64,000 nt of DNA, taken from assembly GCA_052043475.1 (NCBI GenBank), contig JBQGBW010000009.1:1818-65817 (forward strand), in the 5' to 3' direction. Below the pieces are notes generated by a model. That model was not told where the DNA came from. It was given only the letters and a program-made list of their open reading frames with translations, and did not search any database. Position numbers and translations under genes: made by a program. The first letter of the stretch is position 1; each line of letters opens with the position of its first letter. The stretch is from Magnetococcales bacterium HHB-1 (GTDB lineage: Bacteria > Pseudomonadota > Magnetococcia > Magnetococcales > JBQGBW01). Shown piece after piece: positions 56,886 through 64,000 of the stretch.

Positions 56886-57037
56886 TGATATCCGGTTCCT
56901 TTATTTTGTGTCAGAGCCACTTAATCCGTATCTAAAACCAACTTAAAGAAGATGAAGGGCTGTCCTGGGTATTGCCAAGTTAGACCATACGTTTCTTATC
57001 TTAGCACCGATTATCCAATGCGACAACAGCAATTTGA

Positions 57038-57065
57038 GGGGGGGCTATCTTGGGAGAGGGGGGGG
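57038..57065. repeat. two homopolymeric G tracts (G7 and G8) 13 nt apart in an intergenic region
   Basis: GGGGGGG at 57038-57044 and GGGGGGGG at 57058-57065. They lie ~153 nt upstream of the GT2 start codon, as C-tracts on the transcribed strand. Confidence 0.9.
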
Positions 57066-57210
57066 ATGGCTTTTTCGCCTTGGTCAAAGCCTTCGCATAT
57101 TATCTTTGCAGGTTTGTATTGTTTTTGTATTGTTGAGGTTAATTGTTATCTGAATGCTCTATGAAGCATGAGGCATTTTTTGCGGTGTTCGCTTATATTA
57201 GAGAGATTAC

Positions 57211-58290
57211 TCATTCAAAGTCAGGAATGGCGATACCGACCATGGTTTGCCACTGCCCGTTGTGGTCTTGGAATGCCCTGCCAGGGCATCTTGTATTGTA
57301 CTCTTCGACATGCCGTACGACTTTTTTTCTGTAACGTGAATAGAGGTTGCGCCTTGTGTTGGTATTTTTTCTGAATTGTTCTACTTGGTTGTAGAAGTTC
57401 TCCTTCTCTGCATTAAACTCTTTTAACTGACGTTTCCAGTGGCGGTAGCTGCTTTTTGAAGAAAAGTTGGTTTTTTCTGATTTTTTAGAGAGTTCCAGAT
57501 CGGACTTCTCTACGCTCTCTTGCAGGCGTTCCACATTCTGGAGATCCTGTTTCTGATAACGAACGAGTCGTTTGATGGCGTTAACATGTGTTGCAAAATT
57601 TCTATAGAGCATGATGCACGCTTGTGAGGTGTCGTTGTTATTCACAGTGCGTACGTTGGACTGGCGTTTTGAATTTGCATTTTGGGTAATAATTAAACTT
57701 TTCTTAGGAATATCAATTTTCCAACTTCCCAGGGCTTCGAGAATTGGTGTTCCTAAAAGAGGTGTTGTCCCTTTTTTGGACATGACAGAGACATGAACAT
57801 TTTTCAGTGTGATCGGCCCGATCTGGAGTGTTTTGAGCCGATAGATCGCCTCTTTTATTTTTGACCCATCGGCAATGGTGAATGTGGCCATGCGGATAAA
57901 ATCTTTTTGAGAGATTTTTCCCTTTTTAACCAGATGTTCAAAGACATCTTTAGGAATGCTGACGCCGTTTGCACCGGTATCGATCAAAAAATAGAGGCTT
58001 AAAGTTTCATTGAGGATCGTGGCGATCCAGTACTGTTTTTTGGGTAAGCCTTTGGGGTGGAGGGGGAGATGGATTGTTTTGTTTACGGGCTCTTTTTTTG
58101 CTTGGTGTTTTTTGGGGCAGGGGGTTGAACTGATATAGCTCTTTCCCTGTTCATCCCAGCACTGGATGATGGTGATTCCTTTGCTTAAGGCGGGCGATGG
58201 CAAGATAAAAGAGAGGAGAAGAGCGAGTAGATGTGGGTAGGTTATTGGGAAAAATTTGAGATAGGGGGGAGAGACTGTTTTTTTTGACAT
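57211..58290 (-). CDS. secreted retropepsin-like (clan AA) aspartic protease family protein with DUF4124-like N-region and coiled-coil C-extension
   Basis: Start at ATG 58290 gives the signal peptide MSKKTVSPPYLKFFPITYPHLLALLLSFILPSPALS. A DUF4124-like block (CWDEQGKSYISSTPCP) follows. The catalytic-type motif is FLIDTGANGVSIP. The last ~170 aa are a charged tail. Confidence 0.7.
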   Translation of the reverse strand: MSKKTVSPPYLKFFPITYPHLLALLLSFILPSPALSKGITIIQCWDEQGKSYISSTPCPKKHQAKKEPVNKTIHLPLHPKGLPKKQYWIATILNETLSLYFLIDTGANGVSIPKDVFEHLVKKGKISQKDFIRMATFTIADGSKIKEAIYRLKTLQIGPITLKNVHVSVMSKKGTTPLLGTPILEALGSWKIDIPKKSLIITQNANSKRQSNVRTVNNNDTSQACIMLYRNFATHVNAIKRLVRYQKQDLQNVERLQESVEKSDLELSKKSEKTNFSSKSSYRHWKRQLKEFNAEKENFYNQVEQFRKNTNTRRNLYSRYRKKVVRHVEEYNTRCPGRAFQDHNGQWQTMVGIAIPDFE

Positions 58291-58427
58291 TTGTATTCTA
58301 TATATTTGTATGTTATAGACTCTATAAGTATATACTCTCTCTGGTATAATAATCTCTTTCTGATTTTGTGTAAAGAATTTTTTTGATACGTCGTGGCGTG
58401 CACAAATTCCTATTGTAAAAGTCACAA

Positions 58428-60194
58428 TCAATCGGCAGGGAAGTCTCCGGCTGAGATTGTTTGCAGGTCATCTTTGAACGCACTTCCTTCTGGGGTATCA
58501 GGAGGCGCTGTTTTTGTGCTATTTGGCGCCGTTTTTTTTGATTCAGACACCTTTTTTTGTTTTTTAAGTTCCTTCTTTGTATCATTGAGAACTTTTTTTT
58601 GCTTTTTAGTATGGTCAGACGCTTTTTCTGCTGAACTGGGCGTCACCTTTGGCTGCTTCGGTGTCTTTTCAAGGGAGGCTTGCTTAGACGTTTCTTCTGT
58701 TGAGCCAGGCCCCTTTTTTGGCGTATCTATCGCTTTCTTTGGGGGAGCAATCTTTGATGTTATTCTTTTTAATGAGAGTTTTTTTATGACTTTGGTAGGA
58801 ATAAACTTTTTGGTTGCTTTTTCTGCCTCAGGAATGGATTGCAGGTTAAGTTTTCCCATGGTTTGTAGGAGCGTGAATGCGGCAATCACGGTATCGAACT
58901 CAGCGGATTCTGCATCACTTCGGGCATTGATCCAGGCGGTCTCACCGTTAAGAACATCCAGGAGTGAGCGTTTTCCTAATTTGCGCTCTTTGCGGGCCAG
59001 TTGAAGAAACCGTAGCGCGATGCTGGCCTGATTATGGAGAAGGCGCGCATTCTCCTTGGTGGTATTTAAGTTTTGCCAGGCGTTACGCACCTGCTCTTCG
59101 ATCTGAATAATGGTATCTTTAAGACGCTCTTTAGCCGCAGCCACATCTTTCCTACTGGCCTTCCAGGTCTCCAGCGCAGAGAGCCCTAAGTTGAGGGGGA
59201 GGCTGGCTTCAACTTTGAGTAGTTGATCGGAGAGGTGATCTTTAATTCCAGCGACACTATCTTTGGATTTATGCTCAAAGATACCGCTGATGGTGGGAAA
59301 GAATCCGGACGCTTTAGCATTCTCTGCCAGCTTTTCGTTGGTGGCTACCAGAAGTTGCGCGGCTCTGATCTGAGGGTTCATTTTTATGGCAAAACGAACC
59401 GCTTCTTTAACATCTTTTGGGAGCTGTTTCTTTTTAACCTTTCCTGTGTTGAGTAGGGCAATATCTCTTGGTGCACGTTTGAAAACCGCACGAATACGGT
59501 TTTTTGCTTGAATCAGTGCCCCTTCTGCAAGAACGCGCCGGGCTTGGGCGCCCGCCAGTTGGGTTTTGGCTTGAAGTACATCTGTTGAGTAGCCATGGCC
59601 CTCAATCACGCGGATATTCTCAAGCTCGGCCTGGCGCTTGATATTATTCTCTGATCGACGTGCCAGCTTTAAGGTGTTTATGGCGCGTTTAAAATTATAA
59701 TAAGCGCTTACCGCCTCAAGAATGAGCGCTTGCTGGGTGAGAACCAGTGTCTCTTCAAGTTGCTTTTTTTGAAGTTCCACAGCGGAGAGTGAGGCGTTGG
59801 CGGCGCCAAAATCCCAGAGCAGTTGCGTGACAGAAATATCCAGCTCACGCATGTAATAGTCCTGGTTGGCGGTGGCCGCGCGATTCATGGTTTTCTCACG
59901 GCCATACATGCCGGTGATTTGGAGTTGGGGAAACCAGCTTGCTTTTAAATTCTCCTTGATGCGCGTATCTCCTGCGTCCATGTCGTATTTCGCGGCTTTT
60001 ATTCGCTCATGCTGGGAGATGGCGATAGCGACCGCTTCTTGAAGGCTCTCTGCGACTCCAGTTGAAGGGGCGATTAAAGCCCACAGCAGCCCGACAATGA
60101 TCGTGTGCGTTCTCAAGGTTTTAGAATCCCGGTTTAAAAAGCTGATAAAAGTAAAAATGATGATCCTTAGATCATCCAGCGTCCCAACTGCCAC
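58428..60194 (-). CDS. TolC-family outer membrane protein with ~127-aa Lys-rich C-terminal tail
   Basis: A signal peptide (TIIVGLLWALIAPSTGVA) precedes two TolC-type helical repeats. The true start is probably TTG 60116, because the ORF-track start at 60194 overlaps crcB. The tail occupies nt 58428-58811. Confidence 0.8.
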   Translation of the reverse strand: MAVGTLDDLRIIIFTFISFLNRDSKTLRTHTIIVGLLWALIAPSTGVAESLQEAVAIAISQHERIKAAKYDMDAGDTRIKENLKASWFPQLQITGMYGREKTMNRAATANQDYYMRELDISVTQLLWDFGAANASLSAVELQKKQLEETLVLTQQALILEAVSAYYNFKRAINTLKLARRSENNIKRQAELENIRVIEGHGYSTDVLQAKTQLAGAQARRVLAEGALIQAKNRIRAVFKRAPRDIALLNTGKVKKKQLPKDVKEAVRFAIKMNPQIRAAQLLVATNEKLAENAKASGFFPTISGIFEHKSKDSVAGIKDHLSDQLLKVEASLPLNLGLSALETWKASRKDVAAAKERLKDTIIQIEEQVRNAWQNLNTTKENARLLHNQASIALRFLQLARKERKLGKRSLLDVLNGETAWINARSDAESAEFDTVIAAFTLLQTMGKLNLQSIPEAEKATKKFIPTKVIKKLSLKRITSKIAPPKKAIDTPKKGPGSTEETSKQASLEKTPKQPKVTPSSAEKASDHTKKQKKVLNDTKKELKKQKKVSESKKTAPNSTKTAPPDTPEGSAFKDDLQTISAGDFPAD

Positions 60195-60547
60195 CCGCTC
60201 CAGACCGCAAGCAGTGAGAGCGTGACGTTTAAAATGATGTTAACAATGGCGCTCTCCATCTGGCCACGCTGTAAAAGTTGTAGTGTTTCTAAGGAGAATG
60301 TTGAGAATGTTGTCAGTGCACCTAGAAATCCTGTTAATAAGGCTAAACGTATTGTCGCAGAGACAGGCCACTTTTCAACAAGAAGCAGGCTTAAGAGGCC
60401 AATAAAAAAAGAGCCCACCACATTGACCGTCAATGTGGCCCAGGGCATTGCGTGGCCAGGAAATAGATGCTTCATGGCGATAGAGACGCTGTAGCGGCTT
60501 AGTGCGCCCAAGGCGCCGCCAAGCGCAATGCCTAAGAGTTGTTTCAT
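60167..60547 (-). CDS. crcB: fluoride ion channel CrcB/Fluc
   Basis: 126 aa with four TM helices. The family pattern is GGALGALSRY...ATLTVNVVGSFFIG...GFLGALTTFSTF. Confidence 0.9.
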   Translation of the reverse strand: MKQLLGIALGGALGALSRYSVSIAMKHLFPGHAMPWATLTVNVVGSFFIGLLSLLLVEKWPVSATIRLALLTGFLGALTTFSTFSLETLQLLQRGQMESAIVNIILNVTLSLLAVWSGWQLGRWMI

Positions 60548-60558
60548 GGTGTTCTCTC

Positions 60559-61875
60559 TTACTCTTCTTGCTTTTTTCTCTTTAAGCGTTGCCAGTAGTT
60601 GAGGCGTCGGCTAATCTCCCGTTCAAACCCTCGCTCTACAGGCTGATAAAACTGTCGTTCTGTTAAACTTTCAGGAAAATAGTCCTGGTTAACACACCCC
60701 TCCTCGTAATCATGGGGATAGAGATAACCTTTGCTGTAACCAAGATTTTTCATCAGGGTTGTGGGCGCATTAAGAATGGTTTTCGGTGGTGATAACTGGC
60801 CGCTTTTTTTAGCAACCTTCTGAACCTTTTTAAAAGCGAGATAGACGCTGTTGCTTTTTGGTGCAGTGGCTAAGTAGACCACCGCTTGAGCTAAGGCCAG
60901 TTCTCCTTCGGGGGAGCCTAAAAATTGATAGCTCTCCTTTGCCTGCAATGTCAGTGCCAAGGCTTGGGGGTCGGCATTGCCGATATCTTCTGAGGCAAAA
61001 CGGACCAGGCGACGTGCAATATAGAGGGGTTCTTCGCCTGCATTGAGCATGCGCGCCAGCCAGTAGAGGCTGGCGTCGGGATCAGAGCCTCTGAGCGATT
61101 TATGCAGGGCGGATATCAGATTGTAGTGGCCATCGCCGGCTTTATCATAGAGGGCGGCACGGCTTTGATAACTCTTCTCTAAATCGGCTTGGGTCAATTT
61201 TTGTTGCTGCGCTATTTTATTCTCAGAGAGTTGGATCAATGTCTCTAAAATATTGAGCGCATAACGGGCATCTCCGGTGGCTTGTTGACTGATTCTCTCT
61301 AAAACACCTTCTTCTAGGTGGATGGATTGATTACCATACCCCTTTGTTTTATCTTTTATGGCGCGATGAAGCAGTTGTCTAAGGGAATTCTCCTGGAGCG
61401 CTTCTAAAGTGAAAACACGGCAGCGGGAGAGTAGCGCATTATTGAGTTCAAAGGAGGGGTTCTCTGTGGTGGCGCCGATAAGGGTAATGGCACCATCCTC
61501 CAGTTGGGGAAGGAGGGCATCCTGTTGACCTTTGTTGAATCGGTGAATCTCATCGATAAAGAGCAGGATGCCTTGGCCAAGCGTTTGTTGTTCCTTTTTT
61601 GCTTGGGTCGCTACGGCACGAAGATCTTTAACGCCTGAAAAAACAGCGGAGAGTGCTTTGAAGGGGAGAAGGCTCTGTTGGGCCAGTACGCGGGCCAGTG
61701 TTGTTTTTCCGCATCCCGGAGGGCCCCATAAAATCATGGAGGGCAGTGCTTTTGCTTTAAGCGCCTGTTCAAGAAGGCCGCCGGGTTGGGTGAGTTTTTC
61801 CTGCCCTAGAATCTCTTCGAGCGTTGTCGGGCGCATGCGTTCGGCAAGAGGGGCGTTGGTGGGCGGAAAAGACAT
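60559..61875 (-). CDS. rarA: replication-associated recombination protein A (MgsA/RarA AAA+ ATPase)
   Basis: Contains [17 protein letters not shown], Walker [10 protein letters not shown], Walker [12 protein letters not shown] and the MgsA C-terminal block [19 protein letters not shown]. Start set at ATG 61875. Confidence 0.93.
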   Translation of the reverse strand: MSFPPTNAPLAERMRPTTLEEILGQEKLTQPGGLLEQALKAKALPSMILWGPPGCGKTTLARVLAQQSLLPFKALSAVFSGVKDLRAVATQAKKEQQTLGQGILLFIDEIHRFNKGQQDALLPQLEDGAITLIGATTENPSFELNNALLSRCRVFTLEALQENSLRQLLHRAIKDKTKGYGNQSIHLEEGVLERISQQATGDARYALNILETLIQLSENKIAQQQKLTQADLEKSYQSRAALYDKAGDGHYNLISALHKSLRGSDPDASLYWLARMLNAGEEPLYIARRLVRFASEDIGNADPQALALTLQAKESYQFLGSPEGELALAQAVVYLATAPKSNSVYLAFKKVQKVAKKSGQLSPPKTILNAPTTLMKNLGYSKGYLYPHDYEEGCVNQDYFPESLTERQFYQPVERGFEREISRRLNYWQRLKRKKQEE

Positions 61876-61971
61876 GATGGTTAAAATGCCTGTTTTTCTA
61901 ATACTATTATATGAAAAATAATCTCTTATCTTAAATATTAATGTGTCACAATAGAAAAGTATAGTCAAAAA

Positions 61972-63132
61972 TTAGACGCTTTTTTTGTTCCAGTATTGTG
62001 CAGTGATCTGGTTCATTTTTAGAAAGAGTAGAAAGCCAAAGGAGAGTATGCCTAAAGAGACGGTGATCTCTATGGCTGTGGGCATGTATTCTAAGAGGTG
62101 TGATTCTCCTGTGGGGGTGGGTATAAAACCAGGAATGAGCAGACCGATTCCTTTTTCCATCCATAAGCTGATTATTGTGATGATCAGAGCGACGCGATGA
62201 ATGGAGGATTGTTGGCGCAGTTGAGGGATGGAGAGCATCAGGAGTGCGAGTAGGGTGAGGATGAGGGCGCTTAAGAACCAGAGCGATTGGGAGGCGGTTG
62301 AGAGGAGGTGGTGCAGTGCTTCACCGCTGTGATGGTGGCGGTAGAGGTGAACAAAAAGCTCAGAGCCTAAGAAATAGAGGTGAATCCAGAGTGTGGTGAT
62401 TAAAAAGATTGTGAAGAAGTTTTTTAACTTATATTGATCAATTTTATGATCCAGTCGGTTAAAGTAGGGAAGCAGAAGGATAATCAGAGCACTGCCACTG
62501 GCGAATGCAGAGACGATAAAGCGGGGCGCCAATAGGGCGGTATACCAGAAAGGCCGGGCAGGGTTTCCTGCAAACATAAATGCGGTGATAGTGTGAATGG
62601 ATAGGCCTGAGAGGATGACTAAAAGGAGAAACAGCCTGTCATGGAGAACGTTTTTTTTCTTCTGAGGCTTTAAAAAGTGATACCAGAGATAGAGGTTAAT
62701 CAGAAGATAGAGTGTGAGTGCCACCATATCCCAGGCGAGGATAGAGCGAGGAAAGTTAAGCGTTCCTAAGTAGGGTAGGGCGTGCCACACCTTTAAAGGC
62801 TGGCCTAGATCAACCCAGACAAAGAGGAGACTCATGCTCACCGCTGAGATGGCGATCACTTTGGCGAAAGGCAGCAGTGGCTGCATGATCTGTTGATGAT
62901 AGAGTGCGGCTAAAATGACCACAATCACGCTGGAGGCGGCGATGCCAACCATGAAGGTAAAGTTGGCGATATAGAGTCCCCATACCACAGAATCACTTAA
63001 ACCGGTGACTTCAAGCCCTTGATAACTTTGATAGAGATAAGCGATAAAACCTGCGATCATACCGATTATCAGCAGAATATTCACGCCTTCTCTCTTATGA
63101 TCTATTCTGTTGGGTGGTGGGTTAGACATCAA
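61972..63132 (-). CDS. NrfD/PsrC-family polytopic quinone-interacting membrane subunit
   Basis: 386 aa with ~10 TM helices. It overlaps the 3' end of the upstream FeS gene by 11 nt, the usual NrfC/NrfD, DsrO/DsrP or PsrB/PsrC arrangement. Confidence 0.72.
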   Translation of the reverse strand: MMSNPPPNRIDHKREGVNILLIIGMIAGFIAYLYQSYQGLEVTGLSDSVVWGLYIANFTFMVGIAASSVIVVILAALYHQQIMQPLLPFAKVIAISAVSMSLLFVWVDLGQPLKVWHALPYLGTLNFPRSILAWDMVALTLYLLINLYLWYHFLKPQKKKNVLHDRLFLLLVILSGLSIHTITAFMFAGNPARPFWYTALLAPRFIVSAFASGSALIILLLPYFNRLDHKIDQYKLKNFFTIFLITTLWIHLYFLGSELFVHLYRHHHSGEALHHLLSTASQSLWFLSALILTLLALLMLSIPQLRQQSSIHRVALIITIISLWMEKGIGLLIPGFIPTPTGESHLLEYMPTAIEITVSLGILSFGFLLFLKMNQITAQYWNKKSV

Positions 63133-64000
63133 AATAGTACCAGAACTTAGGATGGGTATTCTGCTCCTGTTTAAGGATAAACACAGGTTTATGTTCTAAA
63201 ACGTAGCGGATCTCACTCTGTGGATCGAGCAGGTTACCAAAAATGCGTGCACCTGTGGGGCAGCTTTCCTGGCAGGCGGGGAGTTTTCCCAATCGGGTTC
63301 TCTGGATGCAGAAGGTGCACTTCTCCATAACGCCACGGGGTCTGGGGCGATTGCCTAAGTAGTGGGTTTCGGGATTGATCTGCTCTTTAGGGATTACAGG
63401 GTCGCGCCAGTTAAAGTGACGGGCACCATAGGGACAGGATACCGCGCAGTAACGACAACCAATGCACCAGTTATAATCCACCACCACCATACCATCCTGC
63501 TCTTGCCAGGTGGCCTCTACAGGACAAGCCTGAACGCAGGGGGGATCATTGCACTGCTGACATTGGATCGGGAGATAGGTGGTGTTCTCTTCAGGAACCT
63601 TTTCTGGTTTAAAATGGTGATTGCTCTGATTGAGATTCCACTCTCCATGGGGGAGTGAGAGGACACGGATGTTTTCATTACTTCCTTGTCGGTCGCAATT
63701 GTTCTCTTCTACGCACGCCTCAACGCAGCGCCGGGTTCCTTTGCAGCGGCTTAAATCGATGGCGAAGCCAAACCTGACATCTTTTTGTGGTGGTGTATTT
63801 CTACAGTGCAGTTTTATACCATAATCTCTTTTGGCTTGGCGTTCGATGCGGGCCAAGGCTTGTTGGATTTCTAAAGTGGAGAGGCGGCGGTAGTGGTCTT
63901 GAAAAAACGCCGCCATGGTATCTTTGATTGCCGATTGATCTGCGGTGATTGTGAGTCCTGCGATGCTGGAGAGGGCGCCAGCGCCTGCGATGCCTTTGAG
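63122..64000 (-). CDS. Tat-signal 4x[4Fe-4S] ferredoxin-type subunit (NrfC/DsrO/HybA-like), 5' end outside window
   Basis: Four cluster motifs: CKGTRRCVEACVEENNC, CQQCNDPPCVQACP, CIGCRYCAVSCP and CTFCIQR...CQESCP. The frame stays open upstream of ATG 63916 to the window edge. It reads LKGIAGAGALSSIAGLTITA there, the hydrophobic part of a Tat signal. Confidence 0.87.
   Translation of the reverse strand, partial: LKGIAGAGALSSIAGLTITADQSAIKDTMAAFFQDHYRRLSTLEIQQALARIERQAKRDYGIKLHCRNTPPQKDVRFGFAIDLSRCKGTRRCVEACVEENNCDRQGSNENIRVLSLPHGEWNLNQSNHHFKPEKVPEENTTYLPIQCQQCNDPPCVQACPVEATWQEQDGMVVVDYNWCIGCRYCAVSCPYGARHFNWRDPVIPKEQINPETHYLGNRPRPRGVMEKCTFCIQRTRLGKLPACQESCPTGARIFGNLLDPQSEIRYVLEHKPVFILKQEQNTHPKFWYYFDV

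Noticed and set aside
56952-57374. Three 63-70-aa ORFs in and around the GT2 / retropepsin intergenic region
   Set aside because: They are short and mutually overlapping, have no motifs, and one runs antisense into the protease gene. They are treated as non-coding.
58393-59004. 203-aa plus-strand ORF opposite the TolC tail
   Set aside because: It is the antisense image of AAG/AAA-rich Lys codons, giving a Phe/Leu/Ser-rich product. It is an artefact of low complexity.
60548-60558. Fluoride riboswitch expected upstream of crcB
   Set aside because: Only 11 nt separate crcB from the rarA stop codon, so there is no room for the ~50-nt crcB motif. crcB is probably read through from rarA.
1-64000. 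Whole window examined for prophage, genomic-island or canonical defence-island hallmarks
   Set aside because: I recognised no integrase, recombinase, tRNA attachment site, capsid or terminase genes, restriction-modification, Cas, reverse transcriptase or toxin-antitoxin pairs. The only mobile-element-like sequences are the Rpn-like duplicates and the orphan DUF4351 tail.

Overview
This is a densely coding 64-kb chromosomal segment from a Gram-negative, proteobacterium-like genome, with roughly 45 genes. The Gram-negative call rests on a TolC-family protein, a Tat-type signal, a SPOR domain and AapJQMP. GC is mid-40s to about 50% by eye. I saw no rRNA, tRNA, CRISPR array, integrase or classical transposase. 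No database search was run; every call rests on motifs read from the ORF translations and on the DNA itself.

Gene order, left to right:
- metH, a secreted hypothetical, pyrE and ftsB.
- A Cache-type histidine-kinase-like protein whose catalytic motifs are degenerate, then an MscS/cNMP-binding channel.
- A PAS-GGDEF-EAL protein co-oriented with two exosortase-type glycosyltransferases.
- A complete chemosensory operon: mcp, cheR, a triple-CheW fusion, cheY, cheA, cheW, cheB.
- A tandemly duplicated PD-(D/E)XK + DUF4351 (Rpn-like) gene. The second copy is broken by a 277-bp deletion.
- A bacterial cereblon-like CULT protein upstream of aapJQMP, then yhbY.
- An operon of a small Arg/Cys-rich protein plus two GTPase-DUF697 membrane proteins.
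- A sirC-like gene, an orphan DUF4351 ORF, hisC, an atypical HAD + two IGPD-like-module hisB-like gene, and hisD.
- A 1128-aa SPOR-TM-NB-ARC-TPR protein ending in a His-less Hpt-like domain.
- A six-gene glycan/lipid-modification locus: GT2, GT-C-like, AsnB-like, B12-radical SAM, unknown, FrhB-like.
- A retropepsin-like protease, a TolC-family protein with a Lys-rich tail, crcB and rarA.
- An NrfD-like membrane protein and a Tat-signal 4x[4Fe-4S] protein that runs off the window end.

Best novelty candidates, in order:
1. The SPOR-STAND-pseudoHpt protein.
2. The zinc-finger + paired GTPase-DUF697 operon.
3. The duplicated, degenerate IGPD fusion in the his cluster.
4. The Rpn-like duplication with free-standing C-terminal modules.
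5. The glycan/lipid-modification locus.
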